DNA of 64,000 nt, taken from assembly GCA_030141605.1 (NCBI GenBank), contig JAQGDQ010000656.1, forward strand, positions 1-64,000, written 5' to 3'. How positions within the stretch are numbered: position 1 is the stretch's first letter; the number at the start of each line of letters is the position of its first letter. Below, piece by piece: positions 26,644 through 39,648 of the stretch. Below the pieces are notes generated by a model, which saw only the letters and a program-made list of their open reading frames with translations, did no database searches and was not told the DNA's origin. Made by a program: the position numbers and the translations under genes. Source of the stretch: Tubiluchus corallicola. Taxonomy: Eukaryota > Animalia > Priapulida.

Positions 26644-26876
26644 CAGTGGTTCCCAAACTTTCTCGGACCGTTACCCAAATCGGGAAACCCGGTCGTGTCC
26701 ATTACCCCCCACCTAGTACTACTTCTCCAACTCAAAAAGTAAACACACGTATATGCCACAAGCAAGCAAAATTATTTATGTTTGCTCGTGACATAAATAA
26801 ATTTCCAGGTGTTGTTGTTGCATTGTTTAAAAATTTACCCCCGGGGGGTAATTTACCCCTACTTTGGGAACCACTA
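26644..26876. mobile_element. hAT (Charlie/Buster-like) MITE in the probable 3' UTR of the EH-like gene
   Basis: TIR CAGTGGTTCCCAAA / TTTGGGAACCACTA; 8-bp TSD CCCCAGAG; same family as 53691..54001. Confidence 0.92.
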
Positions 26877-29636
26877 CCCCAGAGATTATAACAAACTCTT
26901 GCTTTGACTTCAAATTCAAAGAAAGGGTGGGAGCGCCATGATTTCAAATCTCTGCAACTAACAATGTTGTATCGTTGTGTACAATTTACACAATTACGTG
27001 CATCAATTATCCGAAGTGCTGACGTGTTTTTCATGTAGCTACTAATGAGATGACGACAATCGTAAAATCCATGGCGGTCAAACTAAAAGAGTAAAATTTT
27101 CAGCTTTTCATGCAATCATGTCAATAAAAATGAATAAATTTCGAAGCCATTTTGTTACAGAGATTATTTCACAACCCAGTTCAGATATTCACTGATCTGT
27201 AGAACAAGTATTCTCGTTTTATGTAAGAATGAAAATAAATTGCACATATTAATGTAATTTGCAACGTGATGTCATATGTTTGGTCTACGTTTCGATTTGT
27301 GCATGACTTATCAGAGAAGTTCAAATACACGACGGACTATGAAATCATCGTTTAAATTAACATAACTAAGAACGTATTTACATTAGCTAAAGACCAAATG
27401 TTTATATATTTACATCATATTTATAATTTTAAATAGATTATTTAAATGCTATTTAATCAAATTTCTTTGAATTTCTTTCATACTCTTCTAATGACTGACA
27501 TTGGATGGATTTCATGTTATTATATTATGTCATTTAATTTTGTTTTTGCTCCACTTGTCCCTTATAATATAAATAACTTTTGCATTATTTTTCTTTATTA
27601 CGCTATGATGAACTTCATTGAATGAATTTCTAAAATCAATAGTGTTATAAATTAACTCTAATCCAGTCATGCGCAAAAAGGTATTTCAAAAGTATTTAAA
27701 AGGTATTTTTAATTTGAAAATCTCTAAGTAGGGGTGGGTGACTTAGGTGTCCGTATGGTCGTTCGTCACCCTTTCTCGATACAATTAACCTTTCTTTTTA
27801 ACACCAAGTAGGCTACTAGCAAATACTTATTAGTTTGTAAATTGTCGAAATTATTATTATGTCTATTATGAAGTTGAAGTTGAAGTTTTGAACTTTTTAT
27901 TATTAACACATTCAATAGAAAGTAGTGACATTCATTACATGGGGATATAAGATTGTTACTTCATACTGTAATAAATTATAATGTTTCATACACTGTCGTT
28001 ATCATAAAAGACTAATTGTGCTGCAGTGGAATTGTTATTATGTACTGTCAAACTTAAAGGAGATAAATAAACAATCTTAATCTTAATTTTAATCTTAATC
28101 TAATCTCCCAGAAGTTGTGCGAAAAAACATAACTTCATGTCGCAAATTATGGTTTCATGTGCTGTTTGTTTTTGTTCATACATGTCTTATTCTACTGTTG
28201 TATCAACTAAAGAACAAACGTTAATATTGTTTAAGATTGACTTGATTATAAACTGTATATTGCCTGGCGAATTTTCATACTTTAGCACGCCTGTCACTAG
28301 TACTTACGGTATAATCGACGTTCTCTCTGATTAATAGGTTTGTAGACTATTTTTTATAATGTCTAATAATTATCTTAGTGAAAATTATTAACAAGCCTAT
28401 TTATTAGTCACCTATGTAATGCGAAGACTTTTAAGATTTGTTCTTGCAAAATCAAGGATAACATTTTTGTCCATTCAGCAAATGATGTGCATTTCATAAT
28501 AGTTGTGCTCCCATTTTCTTTGCTGTACTGGTAGCGCCACCTCTTGAGCGTAAAAATAAACTGTTGACGAAATAAAATAACGTTTTATTCGAGGATTGTA
28601 GGGCGCTTCGTTACAAGAATTTCGTAACCTAGATACTAAGTAAATGTGTAATAAATATTTGTACACTTAGTAACTGCATGAATATTGTATGAAACTGACA
28701 CACTTCCATCTTAAGTCTGTTCAACTTATAACAGAAATCATCGGGAAAATGTTGCTTAATCGTATCATTGTTTCAGTCAACTGACAATTAACAATGAACT
28801 ACTAAAAAACTACACAATTTATCGATTTTTTTATTTTTGGCGCACGCACGCGCATGCGCACACGTGATGCTACCGAAAGAAATACAGCAATTCACATACA
28901 TTTCTAAGTTTGGTAATTAGTCTGAAATGCAACGCATTGGGTTCGTCGGTTATTGAAATTACTTTCTGCCCTACAACCCAGATACGTCATTTATTGTTAC
29001 AGCGGAATTCATTTGATGAATATGTTACTTACAACGCCATTTAGCGTCGTAATGGAATCCGTCTTATTGTAAAAATTTAGAATAACAACTTACTCTATTG
29101 TGACGTCATAATATAAAAAGTAGCTAAAGCCTTACTACACGAACTGCGACAAAAACGAGGCAGGCACCACGGCAAAACCGATCTGATTATAGGACTACAT
29201 CGTAAGCAAATAACTCAAAAATGAAGCTACAATTTTCCCCCAGCTAATTTAATTGATGACAAAAGAAAGCTGTGAAAGGTTAATAATGTGTTATGTTCTC
29301 AAAAGTGAACAGTACAGGTAATCTGAACACTTCATCTTATTCAAAGTAATGGCGTAAAGTACTAATGTAATGTAAGGAAACGTACAACTTCAGAAAACAT
29401 AATTGCGCAGATGGAAAATTCCCTGATACAGTATCGCCACCTACAGATCGTACAACAGTTATCCACAAGTCGACTGTGGCATTCAGTGCTGGTAAAACGG
29501 AATTGCATGAAAAAATTATTGCGATTTCCATTAAAAAAACTTGATTTAATGCTGTGTAGATTTGGCAGAATAGCAGAATGGCCGCAGTAAAAACTATTTG
29601 CGTGTCATAGATCTAACTCTGCACGCGGCCAATGGG

Positions 29637-30275
29637 CAGGACCAGCTCTACCGCTAGGCAGACTGGGCAATTGTCTAGGGCGCCAAATTTTTCTAGGGCG
29701 GAGCGCCAAATTTTGGATGCAAATCTTTAATTCTGAAGTTCAGCCTAAGTAGTAGCATAGCGTTGTGTGTAATTCCTTAAGTGCACAACAGTAATTAAAT
29801 GAAACGAACTAATTGTGTGATTCATAAAGTGTCTTCTCTCAGTGAAACACTTTCTCTGCGGCGTTACCATGCTTTAACCCGCAGTTTCTATAGTCCTTAT
29901 AGAATGACCCTTCCGTTGATAAAAAAATCTTTCTTCAGTAGCATTTATCTAACTGTGGCAGATAAATTTATAAGAATCGAAGTCTTCAGGACGGAACACG
30001 GGAACCGAAAGATAAAAAAAGCTGTCGAGTCATATAGAGTACAATACGGGGTCTTAAATCCACTTTCAAATGTAGTCAGTACAAGTTGTAGATGGACAAT
30101 TAACTAGTACACTATAATACGTGTATAACCATAACACACAGGTACCATTATACTTTATTATAATATTATACAAGAAAAAACCAATATTGGGGCAGGGTAA
30201 AAACCCTTGGCAAAGGGGTTGAACCGTTGCAGAGAGGGCGCTAAAAATATTTTTACTTAGGACGTCAGAGAACTA
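29637..30275 (+). mobile_element. Degraded hAT-type non-autonomous element
   Basis: caggaccagctctaccgctaggcagactgggcaattgtctagggcgcc left end resembles 43573; right subterminal ~30230-30272 resembles 46030-46079. Confidence 0.4.
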
Positions 30276-30995
30276 CTTTCAGAGATTAAAACAACACTTT
30301 ATCGGAGGACTGTATACATTCATCTGGCCCGCGATTCAAAAGGGAAACTTGCAGAAATTGGTTGGGAAACCTTGAGCAGTTCCAACTTGATGCCAATACC
30401 AGTGTTTTCAGCAAATATAATAATTACTATACCCGCCGCCAGTTGCCAGCACTGCACTAGTGTTAGTAGACGCCACAATTAAAGAAATTGATTAATGGAC
30501 AGGAAAAGCAACAGAAATTCCAATTCGATGATATACAGCAATTTCCATGAACATATAACCAAAATTGACTTTTCTCCAAAATACACAAACGTGGCCACAT
30601 AATAATATTTTTATATCAATACATTAAATTTTATTTTCGTTAATAGTAAAACCCTAAGCAATTCATGAATGTCATGCTCATTAGTACTACGATCTTAATG
30701 CATTTAAATGCCACGCAACACATTTTCAATTTTGCCAACTTTCATCATCTCACAAGTCTGCAAGATTAAACGTCCAAGCCTTGAAATGAAGTAAGAATTG
30801 TTTTAAAATTCTCATTCATAGGGGGCATACTCAAAATATTGCAAGGAAAGTATGGCCAGAAATGACAAGCTGTCAAGTTTCACACTGCATAAAGACGAAG
30901 CAGGCGCATGACGGATAACTAACATGAAGCATTTCACAAAAATTCCACAACATTTGCTGACGTCATACATTTTTTGCCCAGCATTTTTGTCTTAG

Positions 30996-32236
30996 TTAAA
31001 AGTTCTTAATGGTAAACGTTGGAATTGAACGCCGGTGTCTCGTCAATTTCCTCCGCCGGGCCATTGGACCAGCTTTGCAACGCAGCAGCTCGATCAAACA
31101 CTTCCTAAAAGTCACACTGGTGCCAAAGAGTAGACTGGGTATAACAGCGTTCGTGAGGTACAGTATGAGATTTGCCACCAGCATCATGTGACGTGAGTAG
31201 TAGTCATAGTGATGTAGTAACAATCCATAGATTCTATGCGGTAGAGAGAATAATACCTGAGAAAGGAATATTGCTATTAACACTTTGATTACCTTCTTTC
31301 TTTGGTCAAGGATGCCTTTTTCCCCGTCCGTGAGATTTGTGCTGCAGTCGCTTTCCCTCCGGAAGAAGCTGAGGGAGTCGATACTTCCTCGCAAAGACGT
31401 GAATGAAAATTTCTTCAAGTCGAAATGGTTGGCCGATCCCGGAACGTCTAGGAAGACATCGCTTGTTGTAAGCCGCTCGGGGACCTTGGTCATACTTGCC
31501 TCGATATTGTCGCCATTGCCGCTTGATTGTTTTCGCAGTCTCTCCAGGTCGAGGGACGCACGCAGTCCGGGGTCCGGTTGAAAGTGTGCGGTTGGAGCGA
31601 TGACGGTCGGATCGGAAACCGATCGCAGTCGCAGGACACACTCGCGATACATGCAGATGTTCTTCTGACTTCTCCACAAGGTCAAGCAGATTTTACCGCA
31701 GACGATCAACAAGAAAATGCAGGGAAAGATGTACCACAAGACAAAGTCTACCACGTCATAGATGAAGACGTCGGAAGCGCTGCCAAGTTTGGTGGGATCG
31801 ATCGCGCAGTAGTGTCGTACTTGGACATCTCTAGAACTGTTGCGTCCCGTCTCGGTCACGAAGTCGGTAAATATGTACAAGTTCATGGAACTGTAAGAGA
31901 AAGCGAGCACCCAGGCAGCAGAAGTGGTGATCCAGATCCGCCGCTTTGTCAGAATCTGTTTGTACTTCATAGAATGCACGATGGCAATGTACCTCTCGCC
32001 GGTGAGAGCCATCAGTATTAACACAGACGCACAGTAGGCGGCGCTCATGATGAACATCGTCCAAGGGCACAGAAAACCTTTGGTGATGCTGTCGTTGAGG
32101 ACGATCATGTACATCGTTGGAATGATGGTAAATAGGCAAACGCTGATGTTGGCCGCAGCGAGATTGCCCAGGAGAAAGTTGGTGATGGTCCTCATCCGCT
32201 GATGCAGCAAGACTATGGCCATGACCATTGTGTTTC
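30996..32236 (-). CDS. TrissinR: Class A (rhodopsin-like) peptide GPCR, trissin receptor-like; main coding exon (TM1 GN motif to C-terminus); N-terminal exon not located
   Basis: Acceptor ttctctctttctttag, phase 1 (G|GA AAC); RMRTITNFLLGNLA, AYCASVLIL..ERYIAIVH..KQILT, FVLWYIFP..KI..LWRS and RKKVIKVL match remembered trissin receptor motifs; long ICL3. Orthology not verified. Confidence 0.85.
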
Positions 32237-32733
32237 CTAAAGAAAGAGAGAACCAGTAAAATAACAATTAGCAATTAACATTACAGTATCTCCAACCTGT
32301 AGTAAAACCTGAAGCTGGCACATGTCTCTTAATGAAGGTCAAGGCATCTTTTTACGTTTGGTGATCAATTCATTATATAAGCTAATCAAACCTCAACATA
32401 GATGGTCGTTCGTGAAGATACAGAATACAACAGAAATTTATTTTTGTTTTGGTACAAAGAACACTGTAAAATAAAGTCATTCCTATTATGGTCCAAGCTA
32501 AGTTAACAGAGAGCAAAACTGATTAAACTAACACTCCAAAATAGCCTAAGCAAACATTAAAACAGAAAATAAAAAAACGAAAACATCAGCTACGTATCCC
32601 ACATTTGAAATTTTGAAATAGAATGCCGCTAGTGACGCTTAGTACACAACAGTGTGAACCGGCCACTATATCATTGTCATTGTAAGTTTTTATTAACACA
32701 ACAGGTTTACATACACTTACAGGCCTGAAATGT

Positions 32734-32771
<38 letters not shown>

Positions 32772-33734
32772 AGTGTAACAGGCAGTGTAATAGCCAAGTT
32801 GTGTAAGTAACTTATAGCACGATAATGAATGAGTTCACGAATATATTCATAGAAAAAGCTAGTAGCCAGTCTATAACTAAGCAACAAAGATGTTTCAAGT
32901 CTTTTCTAATACAGAAAAAAATGTCAGTATTGGCGAAGGCAACAACGGTGACTATTCTAACAACAGTTCTTATAGGTCTGGCGATGACGATAATGATGTT
33001 GCTGATGAGACTTGTACACTTAATTAGCTTAATTAGCTAACAACCACATGAGTTATGCAGTAATTATGTTATCCCTTAACACCATAATGTGGAAAGCACA
33101 AGTAACGATGAATTCCCTGTATTAGTTAGCTATTATGATAAGAAATTTTCTGTAATTAATGTATGGAATTATCCCAGTGCTTGAGATTAGTGGGAAATTA
33201 ATGTCTTTATACAATTGCTTTGCTTTTCAGACACGTTATGATTTGCAGCTCCGGGTTTATTGATAAGACCAAAGCGCAAATCCATTGAGAGAAACAGGCT
33301 TTAATGAAGCCACGAGCTTCTCAGAGATAAACACTGGCTTCATTCATACTTCAGAAAGAATTTTTACTTAGCTAGTACAGAATGTTGAAATATTTTCAGT
33401 GTAGAGGGAAACCTTTAAATGCTAAGCAAAAGTTTTTCAAAAGTTTCTAACGTGCAGGACAGTAATGTGCAAAGGTTACGTGAAGCTATGACACACGTTG
33501 TACACAAGCTGGAACCAACTCCAGCAACTACGATGCTGTCTCACACATAAATCGGGCATATAGCAGCTACTATTAATATTATAAACGCGTATTAGGCTCT
33601 AGACTATAAACTACATTTAGAACATTCGTTTCAGGAATCTAGTCAAAACCAATTATGTGACCTGGACAAACGTACGATTTTGTTACTTGAGTTGTAACTG
33701 GTGGAGAAAGGCGCTTTTATGTGCGTTGTCATGA

Positions 33735-34458
33735 TAATCACCATGTTTACTGAGCTACCGTTTCGGCTACCGAAGCCATTATCAAACTATAAATCAAGCG
33801 AAAAAGGAGAAAATGATGTAAAGGTACAAACTGAAACTACAAACAACAGATTAGAATTTAGCTGATCAAAATAAACGAGGTTGTAACCGAAGAAATTGCA
33901 GAGAAATGTACAAAATGTTTACCTAACGCATGTGAACCAAAAAAGAACACAACAGGTAAACAATTAGTCCAAGTCTACATAATGAAAAACCACAACAGTA
34001 ATTATTATAAGAATAAAACACAACTTCTAGATTTTGTACAATTTACAACAAGTGGGAACTACGATAAGGGAACCAACAGCATGTCAGTGTGAAAGTGACA
34101 CAGAGACTAAATCCACTAAGACTACTACAAACCCTGAAGAACATAGTCAAACAAATTTCAGAACACAGAAACTGGCAGAGTGTGACAAGGCACCACTGAT
34201 GATAGTTGCGTATTAAGAATTAGGCGATGCTTCCTAATGTATAAGGCCCCGGCTATCTAAAATTTTGTACATTTCTTTGCACTTTCTTCCGTCACAACCT
34301 AGTTCATTTTGATAAGTTAAATTCTAATCTGTTGTTCTGTAGTTTCCGCTTGTGCCTTTGTATCATTAATGTATTATTTGTTATTTTTATGGCTTCGTTT
34401 ATAGTTTGATAATGGCTTCAGTATCCGAAACGATCGTCGCTCAGTAAACATGGTAATC
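33735..34458. mobile_element. Fold-back element with ~190-bp inverted arms carrying degenerate hammerhead-like cores (Penelope-derived?)
   Basis: 33735..33920 is the reverse complement of ~34258..34458; each arm has TTGATAATGGCTTC(G/A)GTA(G/T)CCGAAAC. Confidence 0.55.
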
Positions 34459-34519
34459 CCTAGAAGCTGGCTCTTAAGTGTATGATGATAATGTTTGACA
34501 ATGGGAATCTTTCTGGAAA

Positions 34520-35265
34520 ATCATGCTTTATATGCCGATCCATATTTTGAATTTCCAATATTGCGAGAGGCTATGCATATGCTACTGCTTTGGACAGGTT
34601 AACAAGTACAAAAAAAGTTAATTAATTACTCATTCCGATTACAGAGCTTATACATAATACAACTGCTTTATTTAAGAAGCCTAACTATTTAAAACTTAAT
34701 TAAATTATGTTGTATATATGAAAGTTTTCTGTTTTATTCACAAAAATTTTAATGCTATGGTTCCTCATGTTTTCGCCAATTTATTTACTAGAAAAAATAC
34801 ACTTTATATGCGTATACAATACTATGCTGCTCAGTGATTGACGTATATCAAAAACAAGAAATGATCTTATGAAACACTTCACTGTTTATCAGGGTGATGT
34901 TTTGTGGAATAACTCTTTACCAGTTAGATCGCTACCAAGCTTTAAAAAATAAAATTATACTACAGGATTTTTATAACGTTTAATGACATTTATTGGGCCA
35001 TGCTTTTTTTACATTATTGGAATGTTTTATTTATGTTCGCAAACTGAATCTTATAAATCTGGGGACTTTGTGACCATAATTAAGTATTTTAATTGTGTGA
35101 TGAAAATAGTGTATCTTTTATGACTAGAAGAGTGTTTTTATCTCAATTTTTTATTATTTACTAACAACATTCATTTTCTTTTTTTAGTTTCATTTTGATT
35201 TACTAATGTAAATTCAGTATTGTATGTATGAATGTTTTTCATGGCAATAAGCTTAAACTAAAAAC
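34520..35265 (+). mobile_element. Highly decayed L2/CR1-group LINE 3' fragment
   Basis: ISKTRNDLMKHFTVYQGDVLWNNSL (YxGxxLWN-like motif); AT-rich 3' UTR. Confidence 0.45.
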
Positions 35266-35749
35266 TCAAAAGTGAGTTTATTGATCGCCTAAGTTTGTGT
35301 TTTCTTGTCACTTACTTAGTTACTTACTTGTTAGTTACTTAGTTACTTACTTGTCACTTACTTGGTTACTTACTTGTTAGTTACTTAGGTATGCCAGGTT
35401 ATGTTCAAGTAAGAAGGGGTTTTTGGTAAGGGCAGCTAGGTTGTATAAAATTATGTCAAACAGGGCTTACTCTACGACGAGTTTTCTTCAAACTCGTGAA
35501 AAGTCGCCGTTTTCTTTTATTTATGTTTGGTTGGTATTCGGTTAAACAAGTGGCTGCTGTCTTGAAGTGATTTTGGTGATTGGAAACTTGTCTAGCGTTT
35601 TGTCGCTTTTTAGTCGTGTTGTAGGCGCCCCTTCTGTTTTTTGTCATTGTTACAGTTGGTTTACGTTGATGTTCTGTGTGTCTGTGCTTTGCATTATGTG
35701 TTATGTTTGTAGTTGTCACTTTAACATTTAAGGTTAGGCAGATCAATGT

Positions 35750-36818
35750 GACTGGGTCCCCGCCGGGAGAGTTTGAAGATAGTGAGTTGGGGCTGGGTCC
35801 CCGCTGGGTAGTTTGAAGATAGTGAGTAGGGACTGGGTCCCCGCTGGGAGAGTTTGAAGATAGTGAGTAGGGACTGGGTCCCCGCCGGGAGAGTTTGAAG
35901 ATAGTGAGTAGGGACTGCGTCCCCGCCGGGAGAGTTTGAAGATAGTGAGTAGGGACTGGGTCCCCGCTGGGAGAGTTTGAAGATAGTGAGTAGAGACCGG
36001 GTCCCCGCCGGGAGAGTTTGAAGGTAGTGAGTAGGGACCGGGTCCCCGTCGGGAGAGTTTGAAGATAGTGAGTAGGGACTGGGTCCTCGCCGGGAGAGTT
36101 TGAAGATAGTGAGTAGGGACCGGGTCCCCGCCGGGAGAGTTTGAAGATAGTGAGTTGGGGCTGGGTCCCCGCTGGGTAGTTTGAAGATAGTGAGTAGGGA
36201 CTGGGTCCCCGCTGGGAGAGTTTGAAGATAGTGAGTAGGGACTGGGTCCCCGCCGGGAGAGTTTGAAGATAGTGAGTAGGGACTGCGTCCCCGCCGGGAG
36301 AGTTTGAAGATAGTGAGTAGGGACTGGGTCCCCGCTGGGAGAGTTTGAAGATAGTGAGTAGAGACCGGGTCCCCGCCGGGAGAGTTTGAAGGTAGTGAGT
36401 AGGGACTGGGTCCCCGTCGGGAGAGTTTGAAGATAGTGAGTAGGGACTGGGTCCCCGCCGGGAGAGTTTGAAGATAGTGAGTAGGGACCGGGTCCCCGCC
36501 GGGAGAGTTTGAAGATAGTGAGTAGGGACCGGGTCCCCGCCGGAAGAGTTTGAAGGTAGTGAGTAGGGACCGGGTCCCCGCCGGGAGAGTTTGAAGATAG
36601 TGAGTAGAGACCGGGTCCCCGCCGGGAGAGTTTGAAGGTAGTGAGTAGGGACTGGGTCCCCGCCGGGCGAGTTTGAAGATAGTGAGTAGGGACCGGGTCC
36701 CCGCCGGGAAAGTTTGAAGATAGTGATTAGGGACCGGGTCCCCGCCGGGCGAGTTTGAAGATAGTGAGTAGGGACTGGGTCCCCGCAGGGAGAGTTTGAA
36801 GATAGTGAGTAGGGACCG
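35750..36818. repeat. 41-bp GC-rich minisatellite, ~26 copies
   Basis: Unit gggtccccgccgggagagtttgaagatagtgagtagggac(t/c); variant units recur 368 bp apart. Confidence 0.98.
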
Positions 36819-37853
36819 AAATCTGAATCTTTCCCGGTGACTCACCTGATGAAACTTTTCCTTTGGTGGTAATTTTGTACGTGTGTGTGTCGTTGTAGAT
36901 TGTGTGATTTGCAGTTGTTTGTGTTTTTTTTTGTTCTTGTGTTTGATGTCATTTGAGTTTGATTAGTGTACTGTACAATGTATACATATTTGTAGTTGTT
37001 TGTGTTTTTTGTTATAAGTGTGTGATGTCATTTGAGTTTAATTTCATAAAGTGAGGCAAACTTCGTGTAACCTTGGCTCCAAGAGAGCAAAACAAACATG
37101 GCTGCTGCACCACTAGAGCAGTTTAAATTACATGTTAACAACCTGACTAATCCTGTATGAATTTAATTAAAAGTCACTTTGATGCCATTCGTAAACTACA
37201 ATGTAAAAAAATCCTTATCAAATATCAAACGTAAGGTAAGCCGAAAGCGCGCAATCTTTTATTCTAATGAACCCAATATCGCACCTGTGCATCTGCAATC
37301 AAAGTGATTTTGAACACGCGAGAAGGATATTTTTGAAGATCGTGTGATCTTTGTTTTGCAACTATTAACTCCGTCGGTTTTTCGATTTCATTAGCAAGAG
37401 ATCGCTTTGTTTTGATAAGGGTTGAAAATGTCCTTTGAACGTTATTGACATTCAGTTGGTGCGCTTCCCTGCTGCGCTTTTGTTTTCCTGCCTGTTAAAA
37501 TTAATTTCGAGTTCATTGCATTTAATGCGTATTTCGCTTATATTTGTTCTTTAAAAGGTGGAATTTAAAATGAGAGGATATCGTTTTCTTAGTGTTTGCA
37601 CCACAGTAAGATGGTGCACCAAGTCAAGCTACTAGGCGTGACTAGAAAGACACACATGTGGGCCTGGCCGAAGATGTTTAACCACGTGCCAGGTTCTTGC
37701 CCACTCAGAAGTTCCAGCAGTGACGTCATGTATATCATTACCTTCACCGGCCTATACAAAAGTTTAAAAATACGCTCAAAGAATGTTTGATGGTGATGTA
37801 AGCGCGTGAAACGACATTACTTTTTATAAGCCCAACCGTTGTGCACGTATTAA

Positions 37854-38457
37854 AGGAAGACAGAATGATGTTTCACATACTACCCCATTTTCAGGTCCGA
37901 TAAAAAGTATACATTTTAATGTTGCAAATGCGTTGCTGATAATTAAATAATAGATTAAAAACTGAACTAACGGCGTGCAAGTCCAACTATGGATGGCATC
38001 ACAAACTAACATAATTTTCAACAGCAAAAATATTCCACGAGCGTGTTGCACGTGTTTGCGAAAGCGAAATTTGAAGTACAGTACTACTGTAAGATATTCA
38101 GTGTGTTGTACTAAAACTAGGCGTGTTTTAAGATAAAAATTCAAATTTGTAATTTAGCGCTGTGCTCATTCATGAGCTGTCGAACGTACGTAGTTCGTCA
38201 GAAACTGACACACCTGAGCTGATAGGTACAGCACCTGTTTTTGTATAATGCGTTTCCGAAATGCAGGCGCTAGTGCCCATCTAACTAGCAAATGGCGAAA
38301 TGCATGTAACAGCGAAGAACTAGTGACGCGAAATTATGTTTGTGTGGTAATAATTCTTTCACGTAAGTCATTTTTGAAAAAAACAGAATGTTTCCTTTCA
38401 ATATTTTAAAGAGTAGATTGTTTTGACTTACAGTTTAAGATTGACTCCGGTTTTACT
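37854..38457 (+). mobile_element. Family A (Kolobok-like) non-autonomous transposon, complete copy
   Basis: TTAA|AG...CT|TTAA ends with short imperfect TIRs; four other copies in the window. Confidence 0.8.
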
Positions 38458-38871
38458 TTAAGCTTTTTAAGTTGAATGTAGCATGGTGCTGTCATATTGG
38501 CAACGAAAACAATTTACACTGCCTTTAAAGGAGTTTGAACAAAAATGCTGGCTTTTAACGAATTATTGCATCGAATTTTTTAAACTTTTCTACAGCTTCA
38601 CTTACAGTACGCACACAGCTTCACACACAACTCTCATAATTGGTTTTGGCTGCATTCCTAAAGACTCAGATATGCATTTATAATTAATAATAGGTACTAA
38701 ATGCTCGACTAAAATCTTTTCTCAAAAAAATCAAATTATGAGAGTAGGTTCAGCTACTGTTTAACGTGTGTCACAGTGCTTATGTTACAATGCTGATCTT
38801 TGCGCCTTATATTTGCATGCGTTACAAACTTTAAAAGTTTACCTAACATTTAAATTATTCTTTTACACCAA

Positions 38872-38880
38872 ACAACAATT

Positions 38881-38936
<56 letters not shown>

Positions 38937-39268
38937 CTAATCTGATCTGATCTGATCTGATCTGATCTGATCTGATCTGATCTGATCTGATCTGATCTGA
39001 TCTGATCTGATCTGACCTGACCTGACCTGACCTGACCTGACCTGACCTGACCTGACCTGACCTAACCTGACCTGACCTAACCTAACCTAACCTAACCTAA
39101 TCTAACCTAAGATAGATTAACCTAACCTAATCTAATCTAATCTAATCTAATCTAATCTAATCTAATCTAATCTAATCTAATCTAATCTAATCCAACCCAA
39201 CCCAACCCAACCAATCTAATCTAACCTAACCTAACCTAACCTGACTTAATCTAATCTAATCTAATCTA
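38872..39268. repeat. (CAA)n followed by a stepwise-varying pentamer array (TCTGA, CCTGA, CCTAA, TCTAA, CCCAA)
   Basis: Directly visible. Confidence 0.97.
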
Positions 39269-39290
39269 AAAATTAAATAGATAATGTTAA

Positions 39291-39446
39291 AGCACAAGAA
39301 AACCCTTCATAAACATAAAGCTTAAAAATTCGTCTTGAAATTTTATATCACTTACGTACTGTCCTTTTACACACAGGACTTCAATCGGCAGTAACGCTGT
39401 ATAATTTAAACCCGTGATGACCAATAGACGCTGCCCTTTTGACGAT
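39291..39446 (-). mobile_element. Inverted partial copy of the family B right end
   Basis: Reverse complement of ~40558..40702, with flanking sequence also shared. Confidence 0.85.
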
Positions 39447-39454
39447 TTTGAAAA

Positions 39455-39459
39455 ACAAT

Positions 39460-39490
<31 letters not shown>

Positions 39491-39648
39491 CAACAACAAC
39501 AACAACAACAACAATCAACAACAACAATCAACAGCAACAACAAAAACAACAACAATCAACAGCAACAATAATAATAATAACAACAAAACAACACAACAGC
39601 AACAACAACAACAACAACAGTGTTGCCACTACTACTACTACTACTACA
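39455..39648. repeat. (CAA)n/(CTA)n microsatellite
   Basis: Directly visible. Confidence 0.95.

Noticed and set aside
32237-32267. N-terminus MLFYWFSLSL of the 423-aa GPCR ORF
   Set aside because: Non-ATG start within a polypyrimidine tract and acceptor; intronic
31009-32274. Antisense and alternate-frame ORFs over the GPCR
   Set aside because: Shadow ORFs of a GC-richer coding exon
35750-36818. CRISPR-like appearance of the 41-bp, 62-bp and 100-bp arrays
   Set aside because: Head-to-tail repeats with no unique spacers, no cas genes, eukaryotic context
35721-36845. 374-aa repetitive ORF
   Set aside because: Translation of the 41-bp minisatellite; the unit is not a multiple of 3 and cycles through frames
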